DNA from: a bacterium
GTDB taxonomy: Bacteria; UBA4055
Direction: 5' to 3'
Length of the DNA stretch: 64,000 nt
Assembly (NCBI GenBank): GCA_029559475.1
Contig: JAKQBN010000055.1
Coordinates: 7,089 to 71,088, forward strand
The notes under the pieces are model-generated. The model saw only the letters and a program-made list of their open reading frames with translations, did not search any database and had not been told where the DNA came from. The translations under genes were made by a program, and so were the position numbers. This document shows positions 1 through 8,963 of this stretch, piece by piece; position 1 is the stretch's first letter; each line of letters begins with the position of its first letter.

Positions 1-279
1 GAGGTCAATGCTTAGCCGGAAGGCTTAATACTTATTACCGGGCGTAGTTTCTTCTTCCTTTCCGATAAATTAACGAATAACAGACAGGAGCAATCATGCC
101 GCAGGTAGTAGAACACATAGACAGGATCGCAAGACAAAGAAAACAGGCTGTACTTTTTGCAGAACAAACACCATGATGATCCCGAATACGGGGAGGATTT
201 CTAAGATAAAATTTATTAAGAATTGTTTTGATTTAACGTTTAATATAGGATAAATTTACAGAACTTAGGAGATAAAAAA

Positions 280-1068
280 ATGTCGATCCAATTATTAAAA
301 GAGCTTAACGGGAACAATACAGGAATATTCAGTCAATTTATCAATACGCAGAAAACATGCCCGAGGATCGCTTGGTACCCATCTGCAGGGTCAGATTTCC
401 GAGCACTTCTTTTTTTAAGCCCGTTATACGCAAAAGCGAATCCTGCAAATTCACCAGAGCCTTCAAGCCCAGATTTATTCCTTTTTACGGATTATTTTCC
501 TTGGGAAAATTCAAAATTTCTTGACACAGCAATTATACATGACGATGGCAGATCAAAAGTAACAGTCGAGGAAATAGAAGAACTCCCAAAGATTGATCTA
601 CCTTTACACAAAGAGATCGTAGATTTTTCGAAAATCAAGATAACAACAAACAGAGTTGTTTTTATGAATGTCCGGATTGAAAGTAAAAGCCTCGGTACTT
701 TCAAATTTCCGATTGTTTATATATTTTCTGAAAATGAAGCTTTCTTCTGCGAAAAAATGCTCCCCGCTAAAGCAAAAATCAGCCATATAATACATATCAG
801 GTACGGCGGTGGCCTTGGAGGTGGAGGAAAAGCAAGGGGCGGCTGGATATCCCGAATTCTAAAACAAGTCGGTTGCGAAGTCCTTGTTTCAGATGGTCGT
901 CATAACGAAATGGGATCAGGCGATGAATTCATGCTGAATTACTGCAAAGAAGCAAATGCTGATGACAAATTCAGCCTGAACATTATCAGAACTGTAAAAA
1001 GCGAATCATGGTCTAACTATGGCAATGTGAACTGGAATGTAGTAGCCAAATCTCAACAAACAAGTTGA
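280..1068 (+). CDS. hypothetical protein (no domain recognised)
   Basis: Intact 262-aa ORF with ggag-type RBS (ttaggagataaaaaaATG). Gly-rich loop GGGLGGGGKARGG. No family recognised by eye. Confidence 0.5.
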   Translation: MSIQLLKELNGNNTGIFSQFINTQKTCPRIAWYPSAGSDFRALLFLSPLYAKANPANSPEPSSPDLFLFTDYFPWENSKFLDTAIIHDDGRSKVTVEEIEELPKIDLPLHKEIVDFSKIKITTNRVVFMNVRIESKSLGTFKFPIVYIFSENEAFFCEKMLPAKAKISHIIHIRYGGGLGGGGKARGGWISRILKQVGCEVLVSDGRHNEMGSGDEFMLNYCKEANADDKFSLNIIRTVKSESWSNYGNVNWNVVAKSQQTS

Positions 1069-1111
1069 TATTAATAATAGTGGATAATTGAAATTATTTT
1101 AATTTAGGAGA

Positions 1112-4100
1112 ATGGTAATGTTTAAGAATTATTTGAATGCAATAAAAGATCAGATAATTTCTGGGAATGTGCTTGAGAGAAATTTAAGAGCAGCAATTAA
1201 TAATTTATTAAATGAAATAATAAAAGAAAATAATCTGAAGCTATTATTAACTGAAGAGCCTGAAAAAAAAGAAATATTTGGCACTCCTGATTTTAAAATA
1301 ACATCGTCCCATAATATTATTGGCTATATAGAAACAAAAAAAATCGGTGAAGATTTAGATAAAATAATCAAATCCGATCAAATAAAAAAGTATCAAGAAC
1401 TGTCAGATAATATTTTATTGACTAACTATCTTGAGTGGGTATGGATAAAGGATAAAACTGTAAATAATAGGGCTGTGTTGTGTGATTTCTCAGACTTGGA
1501 GAAATCAAAATACAAACTAGAATCAAGTAAAATTGAAGCTGTAAGTAATATTATTAGTAATTTTTTTTCACAACCACCAATAGGGATTTCAGATTCAAAG
1601 AAACTTGCAAATGTACTTGCAATTAGAGCTAAATATCTTAAAGCATTTATTTTGGAGGAATTAGAAAATGAAGACAAAAAATCTGAGACGAGTAAATTAT
1701 CTGGACTTTATTCGACATTTCGTGACTTTGTTTTTGACCAGCTTAGTTTAAGCGAGTTCGCAGATGCTTTCTCCCAAACTCTAGTCTATGGTCTTTTTTT
1801 AGCTAAGCTAAATGCTGAAACAAACAAAATTGATCTATATAACGCAAAGAAATTTATTCCACAATCTTTTATTTTAATTAAAGAACTTGTGAATTTTCTC
1901 GATGAACTTGATAATGAGGAATATAAGCCTATTCGTTGGATTGTTGAAGAAGTTTTGACTGTTGTTAACAATTTGGATTTAGAATCAATTTATAGCGGTT
2001 TATCTTTCAAAACCAGAAAGAAGGACCAAGATGATTTTACAATTAAAGACCCATATGTTTATTTCTATGAAGATTTTCTGGGAGCTTACGATTCCAATTT
2101 AAGAAAATCAAAAGGTGTGTACTTTACCCCACCAGCGATAGTCAATTTTATTATCGATAGTATAGATGAAATAATAAGAAAAATGTTTGAAGTAAAGGAA
2201 GGTCTTGCGGACCATAAAAAAATTACTGTATTAGATTTCTCCACAGGAACAGGTACATTTTTAGTGGAAATAATTCAGAAAATTTTTGAAACTTTACCTA
2301 AAGGTTCAGGTAAGCGCAAACTTTTAATTAAAGAACATATTTTAAAAAATCTTTATGGGTTCGAATATATGATTGCGCCTTACACTATCAGTCATCTTAA
2401 ATTGTCACAGTATTTAAAAGATGAAGGTTACGACTTACAAGCCGATGAACGCTTTCAAATATACCTAACTAATACACTTGTACCAATGGATGGGCAATTA
2501 AAAATTCCTCTATTGCCCGCCTTATCAAAGGAAATTGAATCTGCACAAAAAGTGAAGGATTTCCCAGTTTTAGTAATAACTGGTAATCCACCGTATAGTA
2601 TAAAGTCAAAAAATACTGGTGACTGGATAACGCAACTTTTAAAAGGTATTGATATCTCTTCAGATGGGAAAAAAGACCATCAATTAAGCTATTATATGGT
2701 AGATGGGAAGCCCTTAAATGAGAGGCAAAATTGGTTAAGAGATGATTATGTGAAATTTATTAGTTTTGCGCAATGGAAGATGCAGAAAGTAGAGAATGGT
2801 ATTATTGGCATAATTACAAATCATACATTTTTGGATGGTATTACTTTTGGAGGGATGAGACAAAGTTTATTAAATAGTTTCGATCAAATGTTTTTTTTAG
2901 ACCTTCACGGAAGTGCTAAGAAAGAAGAAAATGTTCCTGACGGCATAAGGAATGATCCGGTATTCGATATAGGGCAGGGTGTTTCTATTTCTTTTTTTAT
3001 AAAAAAAAGAGGATTAGATAAAAAGGTGTATCATGCAGATATGTGGGGCAGTCGTGTTGAAAAATATAAGCAATGCTTTGAGAACTCAATATTTACATTA
3101 GACTGGAAAGAAATAAATCCTGTGTCTCCATATTATTTTTTTGTGCCTCGTACTGGTAATTTCAAAGAAAAATACGATACTTACTGGTCTGTTACTAAGA
3201 TATTTAAGGAATTCAGCCTACCAATAATGACTGGAAATGATCAAATAGCTATACAATTTAGGAAAGATGAAATTGAAGTCATTGTAAATGATGTAAAATC
3301 GATTACAGAAGATGAATTAAAAAATAAATATAAAATGAATGATAAAAAAATGTCTTGGATAGTCAATTCAAAAAAAGAAATTACAATGTCAAATTTTGAT
3401 GCATCTTTTTTTCAGATCGTTTCTTATCGCCCATTCGATAAAAGGATAACATATTTTACTGGCAAAAGCAATGGTTTTCATAGCCGTCCTGGTACAATTA
3501 CTAAGCATATGTTGTATGAAAACATAGGAATGCTTCTTCCAAGGCAGTTGGCAAGCAAATCTTTCCAGCATGTTTTCTGCACAGGAACTATTCCTGATTA
3601 TAACTGTATATCAACATCACAAAAAGAAGCAAATCAACTTTTTCCGTTGTACATTTATTACGAGGATATTATTGGAGATAAATGGCAAACAACTCGAAAA
3701 TCAAATTTTACTGACGAATTTAACAAATTCATCAGTACTAAATATAAAAGTGAATTTAAGCCTGAGCAAATATTTGGATATATCTATGCCGTGTTACATA
3801 GCGAAACATACAGAGAGAAATATTTTGAATTTTTAAAAGATGAATTCGCAAAAATACCATTTGTTTCTAAAATTGATGATTTTAGAATTATATCTGAAAA
3901 AGGAACAGAATTAGTAAATGCACATTTGTTAAAATCATTTACAAAGTCAGGATTTGGTATTTTTATGGGTGAAGGTTCTAATGTTGTTGATAAGATTGAG
4001 TACAATGAGATGTCAAAAACAATATCAATGAACAAAAGTCAATGTTTTGAAAATGTACCAGTTGAAGTTTATAATTTTAAAATCGGTGGATTTAAGCCCA

Positions 4101-4246
4101 TTTATCAATTTCTAAAAAGTAGAAAAGGTCGGTCATATCCTTTGACTTTAGATGAAATTGAGACTGTAGAGAACATAATAAATGTTATTGCTTTTACTAT
4201 TGAGAAAATGGAAGAGATAGAGGAATTAACAAAAGATTGGATATAA
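1112..4246 (+). CDS. single-polypeptide Type IIG/IIL-like restriction-modification enzyme (PD-ExK nuclease + N6-adenine methyltransferase + target-recognition region)
   Basis: 1044-aa ORF. N-terminal PDF...GYIETKK (PD-ExK-like). MTase motif I LDFSTGTGTF and motif IV GNPPY. Long C-terminal region with an FPLY motif typical of Type IIG/ISP-type specificity domains. RBS aggag (1106-1110) is better spaced for the second ATG at 1118. Confidence 0.8.
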   Translation: MVMFKNYLNAIKDQIISGNVLERNLRAAINNLLNEIIKENNLKLLLTEEPEKKEIFGTPDFKITSSHNIIGYIETKKIGEDLDKIIKSDQIKKYQELSDNILLTNYLEWVWIKDKTVNNRAVLCDFSDLEKSKYKLESSKIEAVSNIISNFFSQPPIGISDSKKLANVLAIRAKYLKAFILEELENEDKKSETSKLSGLYSTFRDFVFDQLSLSEFADAFSQTLVYGLFLAKLNAETNKIDLYNAKKFIPQSFILIKELVNFLDELDNEEYKPIRWIVEEVLTVVNNLDLESIYSGLSFKTRKKDQDDFTIKDPYVYFYEDFLGAYDSNLRKSKGVYFTPPAIVNFIIDSIDEIIRKMFEVKEGLADHKKITVLDFSTGTGTFLVEIIQKIFETLPKGSGKRKLLIKEHILKNLYGFEYMIAPYTISHLKLSQYLKDEGYDLQADERFQIYLTNTLVPMDGQLKIPLLPALSKEIESAQKVKDFPVLVITGNPPYSIKSKNTGDWITQLLKGIDISSDGKKDHQLSYYMVDGKPLNERQNWLRDDYVKFISFAQWKMQKVENGIIGIITNHTFLDGITFGGMRQSLLNSFDQMFFLDLHGSAKKEENVPDGIRNDPVFDIGQGVSISFFIKKRGLDKKVYHADMWGSRVEKYKQCFENSIFTLDWKEINPVSPYYFFVPRTGNFKEKYDTYWSVTKIFKEFSLPIMTGNDQIAIQFRKDEIEVIVNDVKSITEDELKNKYKMNDKKMSWIVNSKKEITMSNFDASFFQIVSYRPFDKRITYFTGKSNGFHSRPGTITKHMLYENIGMLLPRQLASKSFQHVFCTGTIPDYNCISTSQKEANQLFPLYIYYEDIIGDKWQTTRKSNFTDEFNKFISTKYKSEFKPEQIFGYIYAVLHSETYREKYFEFLKDEFAKIPFVSKIDDFRIISEKGTELVNAHLLKSFTKSGFGIFMGEGSNVVDKIEYNEMSKTISMNKSQCFENVPVEVYNFKIGGFKPIYQFLKSRKGRSYPLTLDEIETVENIINVIAFTIEKMEEIEELTKDWI

Positions 4247-4267
4247 TGAACTGGAATCTATAAAATC

Positions 4268-4714
4268 ATGATAGAAAAAATTGGTAATATAAAATGTACC
4301 GGAATCGATAATATTGAGCGTGATTTTATTTTGTCCAAAGAAAATGATAATTATAAAAACATAATTACATTCTATGTTTCATTACTGCCCATTATTGATA
4401 TTCAACCTAATTTTTACATGGTTGTAGAAAAAGTATTCAAGCCTAACAACGCTTATAAAGTTACGATGATAAATTGTAACAATGATGAAAAATTTTGTAA
4501 AAAAGGAATTCCGGATTCTTTGTTGCCAAGAGTAGCTGATTATTTGCAAACGGAAATTATTTCAAGCTCAGGTATAAAAGAGTTTAAAAGTACTGTCGGT
4601 GAGACAAGATATCCCGAAGCGACTACGATGTGGGAAAGATTAAGACAAAAAGGAATTGCTACATATTCGAAAAGAGAGGATATTTATACCATTGATTATA
4701 AGCTACTAAATTAA
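4268..4714 (+). CDS. hypothetical protein
   Basis: Intact 148-aa ORF 21 nt after the RM gene on the same strand. No domain recognised. Confidence 0.5.
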   Translation: MIEKIGNIKCTGIDNIERDFILSKENDNYKNIITFYVSLLPIIDIQPNFYMVVEKVFKPNNAYKVTMINCNNDEKFCKKGIPDSLLPRVADYLQTEIISSSGIKEFKSTVGETRYPEATTMWERLRQKGIATYSKREDIYTIDYKLLN

Positions 4715-4744
4715 AAAAATCGAGGCACAAAAGAGTCAGGATAA

Positions 4745-5326
4745 ATGAAGAAAAAAGATAAGTTGAAAATTATGGTATCATCCACTGTTTACGGCAGGGA
4801 GTATGAACTTGAACAAATTTACGCTATACTTACAGGCTATGGTTACGAAGTTATCATGTCTAAGGAAGGTTCGGTTTATCTGCCTGCCGGGGCTTCTATT
4901 CCTGAGTCTTGTCTAAAGGCTGTAGAGGACTGTGATTTGTTTTTGGGTATAATATTCCCTCGTTATGGTTCAGGAATTACTCATCAGGAATTTAAAAAAG
5001 CGATTGAATTGGGTAAACCAAGATGGTTTATTGCTCATCAATATGTGAATTTTGCCAAAAATATATTGGACCAGTATATGTTTAAAAAAGACGGCACTTT
5101 GAACATATCGTTTAAATTTAAAGAAACTTCTATGTTGGATAGTGCCGATATTGTGCACATGTACAATGATGCAGTATTGAATCATTTGAAGCCTGAAGAG
5201 AGAAGATCTAACTGGGTGCATCATTTCTTTAAAACGGATGAGATATTCACTTTTTTGAAGACGCAATTTGAACCTATCGAATCGAGGTGTGCTGAGATAG
5301 AAAAAATAAAGGGAACAAGAAAATGA
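4745..5326 (+). CDS. DUF4062-like protein (TIR / nucleoside deoxyribosyltransferase-like fold)
   Basis: N-terminal pattern KIMVSSTVYG..E...IY..L...GYEV...CL.AVEDCDLFLGII.PRYGSGITHQEF..A.ELGKP resembles the DUF4062 signature. Its stop overlaps the next start (ATGA at 5323-5326). Confidence 0.55.
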   Translation: MKKKDKLKIMVSSTVYGREYELEQIYAILTGYGYEVIMSKEGSVYLPAGASIPESCLKAVEDCDLFLGIIFPRYGSGITHQEFKKAIELGKPRWFIAHQYVNFAKNILDQYMFKKDGTLNISFKFKETSMLDSADIVHMYNDAVLNHLKPEERRSNWVHHFFKTDEIFTFLKTQFEPIESRCAEIEKIKGTRK

Positions 5327-6774
5327 AAGAAAATCAAATAATCCAAAACTTGATTGCCGATGGAGAAAATGAACAGCTTGGATTCAAATCGGATGTTCTC
5401 AAAGATTCAATTGCTAAAATTATTTGCAGTTTTTTGAATTCAAAGGGCGGTACGGTTCTTATCGGTATTGATGATAAAAAAAATATTGTCGGTGTGAAAA
5501 ATGCCGATAAACTTAAAGCTGACCTCGAAAATTATCTTGTTGCTGCCATTGTACCTGAAGCCCCAGTAACAGTTTCTATAGAAAAAATTAACGGTAAAAA
5601 ATTATTGCTATTAAAAGTTTGGGGCGGTTCTAAGCAGCCGTACATTTTTAACGGTAGCATTTATTATCGAAGAGGAAATATTACTCAGAAAGCTACCTCA
5701 AAAGAGATTTCAGACCTGATCCACAACAGATCAATTTCTGAAAAGAACTGGGAAAGGCAGGTATTTACAGAAGTAAGCTTGGAAGATCTTGACAGTAAAT
5801 TAATTATAGAAACGATTAAAGAATCGCATAAGAACAATAAGACTAATTTCACCGGTGATGACATTTTAAAATTCCTTATTCACTACGGGCTGTATGAAAA
5901 CGGTGCTTTTACAAAGGCTTGTGTAGTTCTATTCGCAAAAAATCCTGTAAGGTTTTTACCGCAGATCAGAGTAAGGCTGACCGAATACCCCGAATCTAAA
6001 ACAGATAAAGCATTAATTAGAGACAAGTATTTTGAAGGTAATCTTTTTAGAATAAGAGAAGATATTGAGAAATATATAAATGGCTTAGGAACAAGAAGCG
6101 TTTTTGACAAGAATCAATGGAAACGCATTGATTTTTCTTTCCCGAAAAAAGCTTTGCAGGAAGGCGTGATAAATGCTTTAATACATCGTGATTATTCCAG
6201 CTCGACAAGCGGAGTGGCAATAAGCGTATATCCCGATACTTTTGTTATTTCAAACAGCGGTAAGTTTCCTGATGATATTCAGATAAAAGATTTAAAAAGA
6301 AACCACAGGTCGCATCCTGTTAATCCTGATATTGCCCACATAGTTTATTTGCGGGGATTCATTGATAAACTTGGCAGAGGTACGGTAAAGTTAGTTGAAG
6401 AATGCCGTAGTGCCGGATTGAAGGAACCGGTTTGGAAAGAAACTTCAGAAGGTGTGACTTTGACTTTTCATGGCCCAAAAGCACTTTCAGAGAGAAAGCA
6501 GCAAAATGAGGCTGTAAATGAGGCTGTAAATGAGGCTGTAAAAATAAGATTATGTAAGGAACTTGTTACTATTTATGTTGAAAAAGGAATAGGATTAAAG
6601 GAACTTATGATTAAATTCAATATGTCAAGAGCTACATTGCAGAGAGATATTGCAGTTTTAAAAGAATATAATTTAATAATATTTGCCGGTTCAGCTAAGA
6701 CAGGTGTTTATAAATTAACCGAAGAACTGAAAGGGAAACTTGACAGTGTTCCAGCAGCGGGAAATAAAAGTTAG
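5323..6774 (+). CDS. AlbA_2 (Schlafen-type) / HATPase_c_4 / C-terminal wHTH protein, putative regulator or sensor
   Basis: The N-terminus EQLGFKSD...ICSFLNSKGGTVLIGIDD..NIVGV is typical of AlbA_2 (divergent AAA_4). The central ALQEGVINALIHRDYSS..GVAISVY resembles the RecG-like HATPase_c_4 region. The C-terminal SRATLQRDIAVLKEYNLI is HTH-like. Confidence 0.7.
   Translation: MKENQIIQNLIADGENEQLGFKSDVLKDSIAKIICSFLNSKGGTVLIGIDDKKNIVGVKNADKLKADLENYLVAAIVPEAPVTVSIEKINGKKLLLLKVWGGSKQPYIFNGSIYYRRGNITQKATSKEISDLIHNRSISEKNWERQVFTEVSLEDLDSKLIIETIKESHKNNKTNFTGDDILKFLIHYGLYENGAFTKACVVLFAKNPVRFLPQIRVRLTEYPESKTDKALIRDKYFEGNLFRIREDIEKYINGLGTRSVFDKNQWKRIDFSFPKKALQEGVINALIHRDYSSSTSGVAISVYPDTFVISNSGKFPDDIQIKDLKRNHRSHPVNPDIAHIVYLRGFIDKLGRGTVKLVEECRSAGLKEPVWKETSEGVTLTFHGPKALSERKQQNEAVNEAVNEAVKIRLCKELVTIYVEKGIGLKELMIKFNMSRATLQRDIAVLKEYNLIIFAGSAKTGVYKLTEELKGKLDSVPAAGNKS
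6505..6540 (+). repeat. perfect 12-bp x3 in-frame tandem repeat (aatgaggctgta, encodes NEAV x3)
   Basis: Read directly: 6505-6516, 6517-6528 and 6529-6540 are identical. It lies in the linker before the C-terminal HTH of the 5323-6774 protein. Confidence 0.95.
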
Positions 6775-6783
6775 ACAGGAAGA

Positions 6784-7215
6784 TTAGACGGGTTGAAGTC
6801 CAGTTGTACAGACAGTAAGGTCGTAAAAAGTGGTCTGTTCTTCGCCGGATTCTGTCTTTACCGTTACGCTGTAGCCCGCGTTGATTTTGTCGGCGGACAT
6901 TTTCTTCGAGAATTCCGATAAGATGCGTTTAATGCTCTCGGTTATCTCATTGGTCTGTATAGTAAAAGAAAAGTCTTTTTTCCTTCTCACGCGCACCCAT
7001 CCCTTAGCGAACAGGCTCTTCATGATTTCTTCTCTGGCTTTTCCTTCCCAGCCGTATTTCTCATGATACTTATCGAAAGCGTCTCTGACCTCATCAGCAC
7101 CAAAACCGAAATATTCCGGATCTGCGAGTATGGCAGATATGTGCTTGTTTTCGACCGGAGTGACTTTTCCGTCAGGGCTGATCCAGTATGCTTCTTTTGC
7201 AGTTTCGAATTCCAT
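6784..7215 (-). CDS. hypothetical protein
   Basis: Intact 143-aa ORF, convergent with 5323-6774. No domain recognised. Confidence 0.5.
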   Translation of the reverse strand: MEFETAKEAYWISPDGKVTPVENKHISAILADPEYFGFGADEVRDAFDKYHEKYGWEGKAREEIMKSLFAKGWVRVRRKKDFSFTIQTNEITESIKRILSEFSKKMSADKINAGYSVTVKTESGEEQTTFYDLTVCTTGLQPV

Positions 7216-7263
7216 GCATTAAATTTAACCGAAAAAAGAAATAAAGTCAAAAAGTTTTGAGAC

Positions 7264-7339
7264 CGCCATTATTTGGCGTTATCACTGTATTATATTACAT
7301 CCGGTATCAAAAGTTGTCTAAACTTAACCGGAGGAAAAA
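7264..7339 (+). promoter_or_regulatory. conserved leader copy A (hairpin cgcca-ttatt-tggcg + tatatt box + RBS)
   Basis: The 17-mer cgccattatttggcgtt (7264-7280) is identical to 11346-11362. Downstream blocks ttatatt / ccgg(t)at / taaact occur in the same order in both copies. It ends in ggagg RBS + ATG 7340. Confidence 0.5.
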
Positions 7340-7612
7340 ATGGAAGATCAGGTAAAAAAAATTGACAGAAGCGTGACTTCACACGCATACATTGAGATCA
7401 GAGACCTGAGGCGGTTCGCGCTTAAAGGGAACAAAATATCGGTATTTGACAACGAAGTGCTTAAGGCTGAATACGAGTTCCAGCTGGAATTCGAGGCCGG
7501 CGGGGCATATCAGAAGATAAATTATGTAATGGCGTGCGGAGGCAAAAGCCTGATAATCAAGCTGACTACAGAAATACCAGACCTCGAGATCGAGGAGTTT
7601 CATATAACATAG
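7340..7612 (+). CDS. hypothetical small protein (first gene of MoxR-VWA module)
   Basis: 90-aa ORF with ggagg RBS, 21 nt upstream of the next ORF on the same strand. Confidence 0.5.
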   Translation: MEDQVKKIDRSVTSHAYIEIRDLRRFALKGNKISVFDNEVLKAEYEFQLEFEAGGAYQKINYVMACGGKSLIIKLTTEIPDLEIEEFHIT

Positions 7613-7633
7613 AAAGCGAGGGAATAACAGAAT

Positions 7634-7927
7634 ATGAAAGTATTACAAAACATTATAGATTATCTTCTGCAGGAGAACAAAATCAAGCAGGATGATTATA
7701 ATTACCTTCAGCAGAAGGGTTTTTATGTCTTAGATTATGATGATCTGGATTTTTATGATGACGGATACTGGCGCATAGTTGAACAGGAAAATGAAGATTA
7801 TTGGAAGTATTATGAGGAAGATTATAATGATATTGAATTTGAGCCTTCTTTAGCAGATAAAAGAAGAAGAAAACAGGGTAGAAGAGCCCGTTTTGAAGGA
7901 CCGAAAAGAATCCGGCGGGCAGCATAA
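7634..7927 (+). CDS. hypothetical small protein, D/E/Y-rich core with basic tail
   Basis: 97-aa ORF. The central DYDDLDFYDDGYWRIVEQENEDYWKYYEEDYNDIEFE is followed by KRRRKQGRRARFEGPKRIRR. Confidence 0.5.
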   Translation: MKVLQNIIDYLLQENKIKQDDYNYLQQKGFYVLDYDDLDFYDDGYWRIVEQENEDYWKYYEEDYNDIEFEPSLADKRRRKQGRRARFEGPKRIRRAA

Positions 7928-7947
7928 ATAAGACTGGAGATAAATTT

Positions 7948-8961
7948 ATGATGGAAACGATCACTTTGAACCAGGCTAAGTCGCTGATCAAGGCTCTGGC
8001 AGCTAAAGAAAGTATATTATTGCTGTCAGCTCCCGGAGTAGGAAAATCAGATATCGTGAGGCAGGCAGCAACTGAAGCGGGTCTTGAATGCCGTTCGCTG
8101 CTCGGAACTCAGATCGCTCCGGAAGATGTGAGCGGAATACCCCGTATAGTAAATGAACGCTCCGTATTTTGTCCTCCTCGGATCTTGTTGCCGGAAGATC
8201 CCAAGCCATTCTGTCTGTTCCTTGATGAATTTCCCGCTGCCGCACCGGATGTCCAGAAAGCACTGTACGCTTTACTTCTTGAACGCCGTCTCGGTGAACA
8301 TTTACTGCCTGAAGGTACATGGGTAGTCGCCGCGGGTAACAGGCAGGAGGACAGAGCGCTTGTACGGCAGATGAGCAGCGCGCTTGTGAACAGGACTTTT
8401 GTCATGCAGGTAAGGGTGGATGTGAAGGAATGGATGATATGGGCGCAAAAGAACAAGGTCAGGCAGGAGATTTTATCGTTTATAGCATTTTTGCCCGAAG
8501 CATTGATGCGTCAGGTACCGGCAGAATCAGTTCCGTTCTCTACACCGAGAGCTTGGGCGTCTTTGTCAAATGCTCTTGATCTTGCGGAAAAAGCCGGAAT
8601 TCTCGACGATGAATTGTTTCGAGCCCTTTGTTTCGGGAGAGTATCGCCTGCCGATGCCGCTATTTTTTGTTCAATCAAAGAAATGAAAATAGATCAGTTC
8701 CTTCCGGCTGAAAAATATGTACTCGATCCTGATATGTTGCCAAAAGAGCATACTTCGCTCTGGTTCCTGCTGAACCTTATACGCAGCAGACTGTTGAAAA
8801 AAACAATTGAATTTGAGCCTGTAGTGATAAATAAGTTTCTTATGAGCCTGCCTCAGGAACAAAGATTTGCGATGTTTGCGGACTCTGTAAAAGAATGGGG
8901 AGAGCTTGGAGCTCAGGAAGCTTTACTTGAATCGCTAAAAGAAATAACGGTGTTATCATAA
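7948..8961 (+). CDS. MoxR-like AAA+ ATPase (AAA_5 type)
   Basis: Walker A LSAPGVGKS, Walker B CLFLDEF, sensor region VVAAGNRQEDRA. The size (337 aa) is typical of the MoxR family. Confidence 0.85.
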   Translation: MMETITLNQAKSLIKALAAKESILLLSAPGVGKSDIVRQAATEAGLECRSLLGTQIAPEDVSGIPRIVNERSVFCPPRILLPEDPKPFCLFLDEFPAAAPDVQKALYALLLERRLGEHLLPEGTWVVAAGNRQEDRALVRQMSSALVNRTFVMQVRVDVKEWMIWAQKNKVRQEILSFIAFLPEALMRQVPAESVPFSTPRAWASLSNALDLAEKAGILDDELFRALCFGRVSPADAAIFCSIKEMKIDQFLPAEKYVLDPDMLPKEHTSLWFLLNLIRSRLLKKTIEFEPVVINKFLMSLPQEQRFAMFADSVKEWGELGAQEALLESLKEITVLS

Positions 8962-8963
8962 AT

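Noticed and set aside
96-176. 26-codon ORF (MPQVVEHIDRIARQRKQAVLFAEQTP) with aggag RBS at the left edge
   Set aside because: It is too short and unrecognised to call. It may be the remnant of a truncated gene next to the att-like scar at 31-83.
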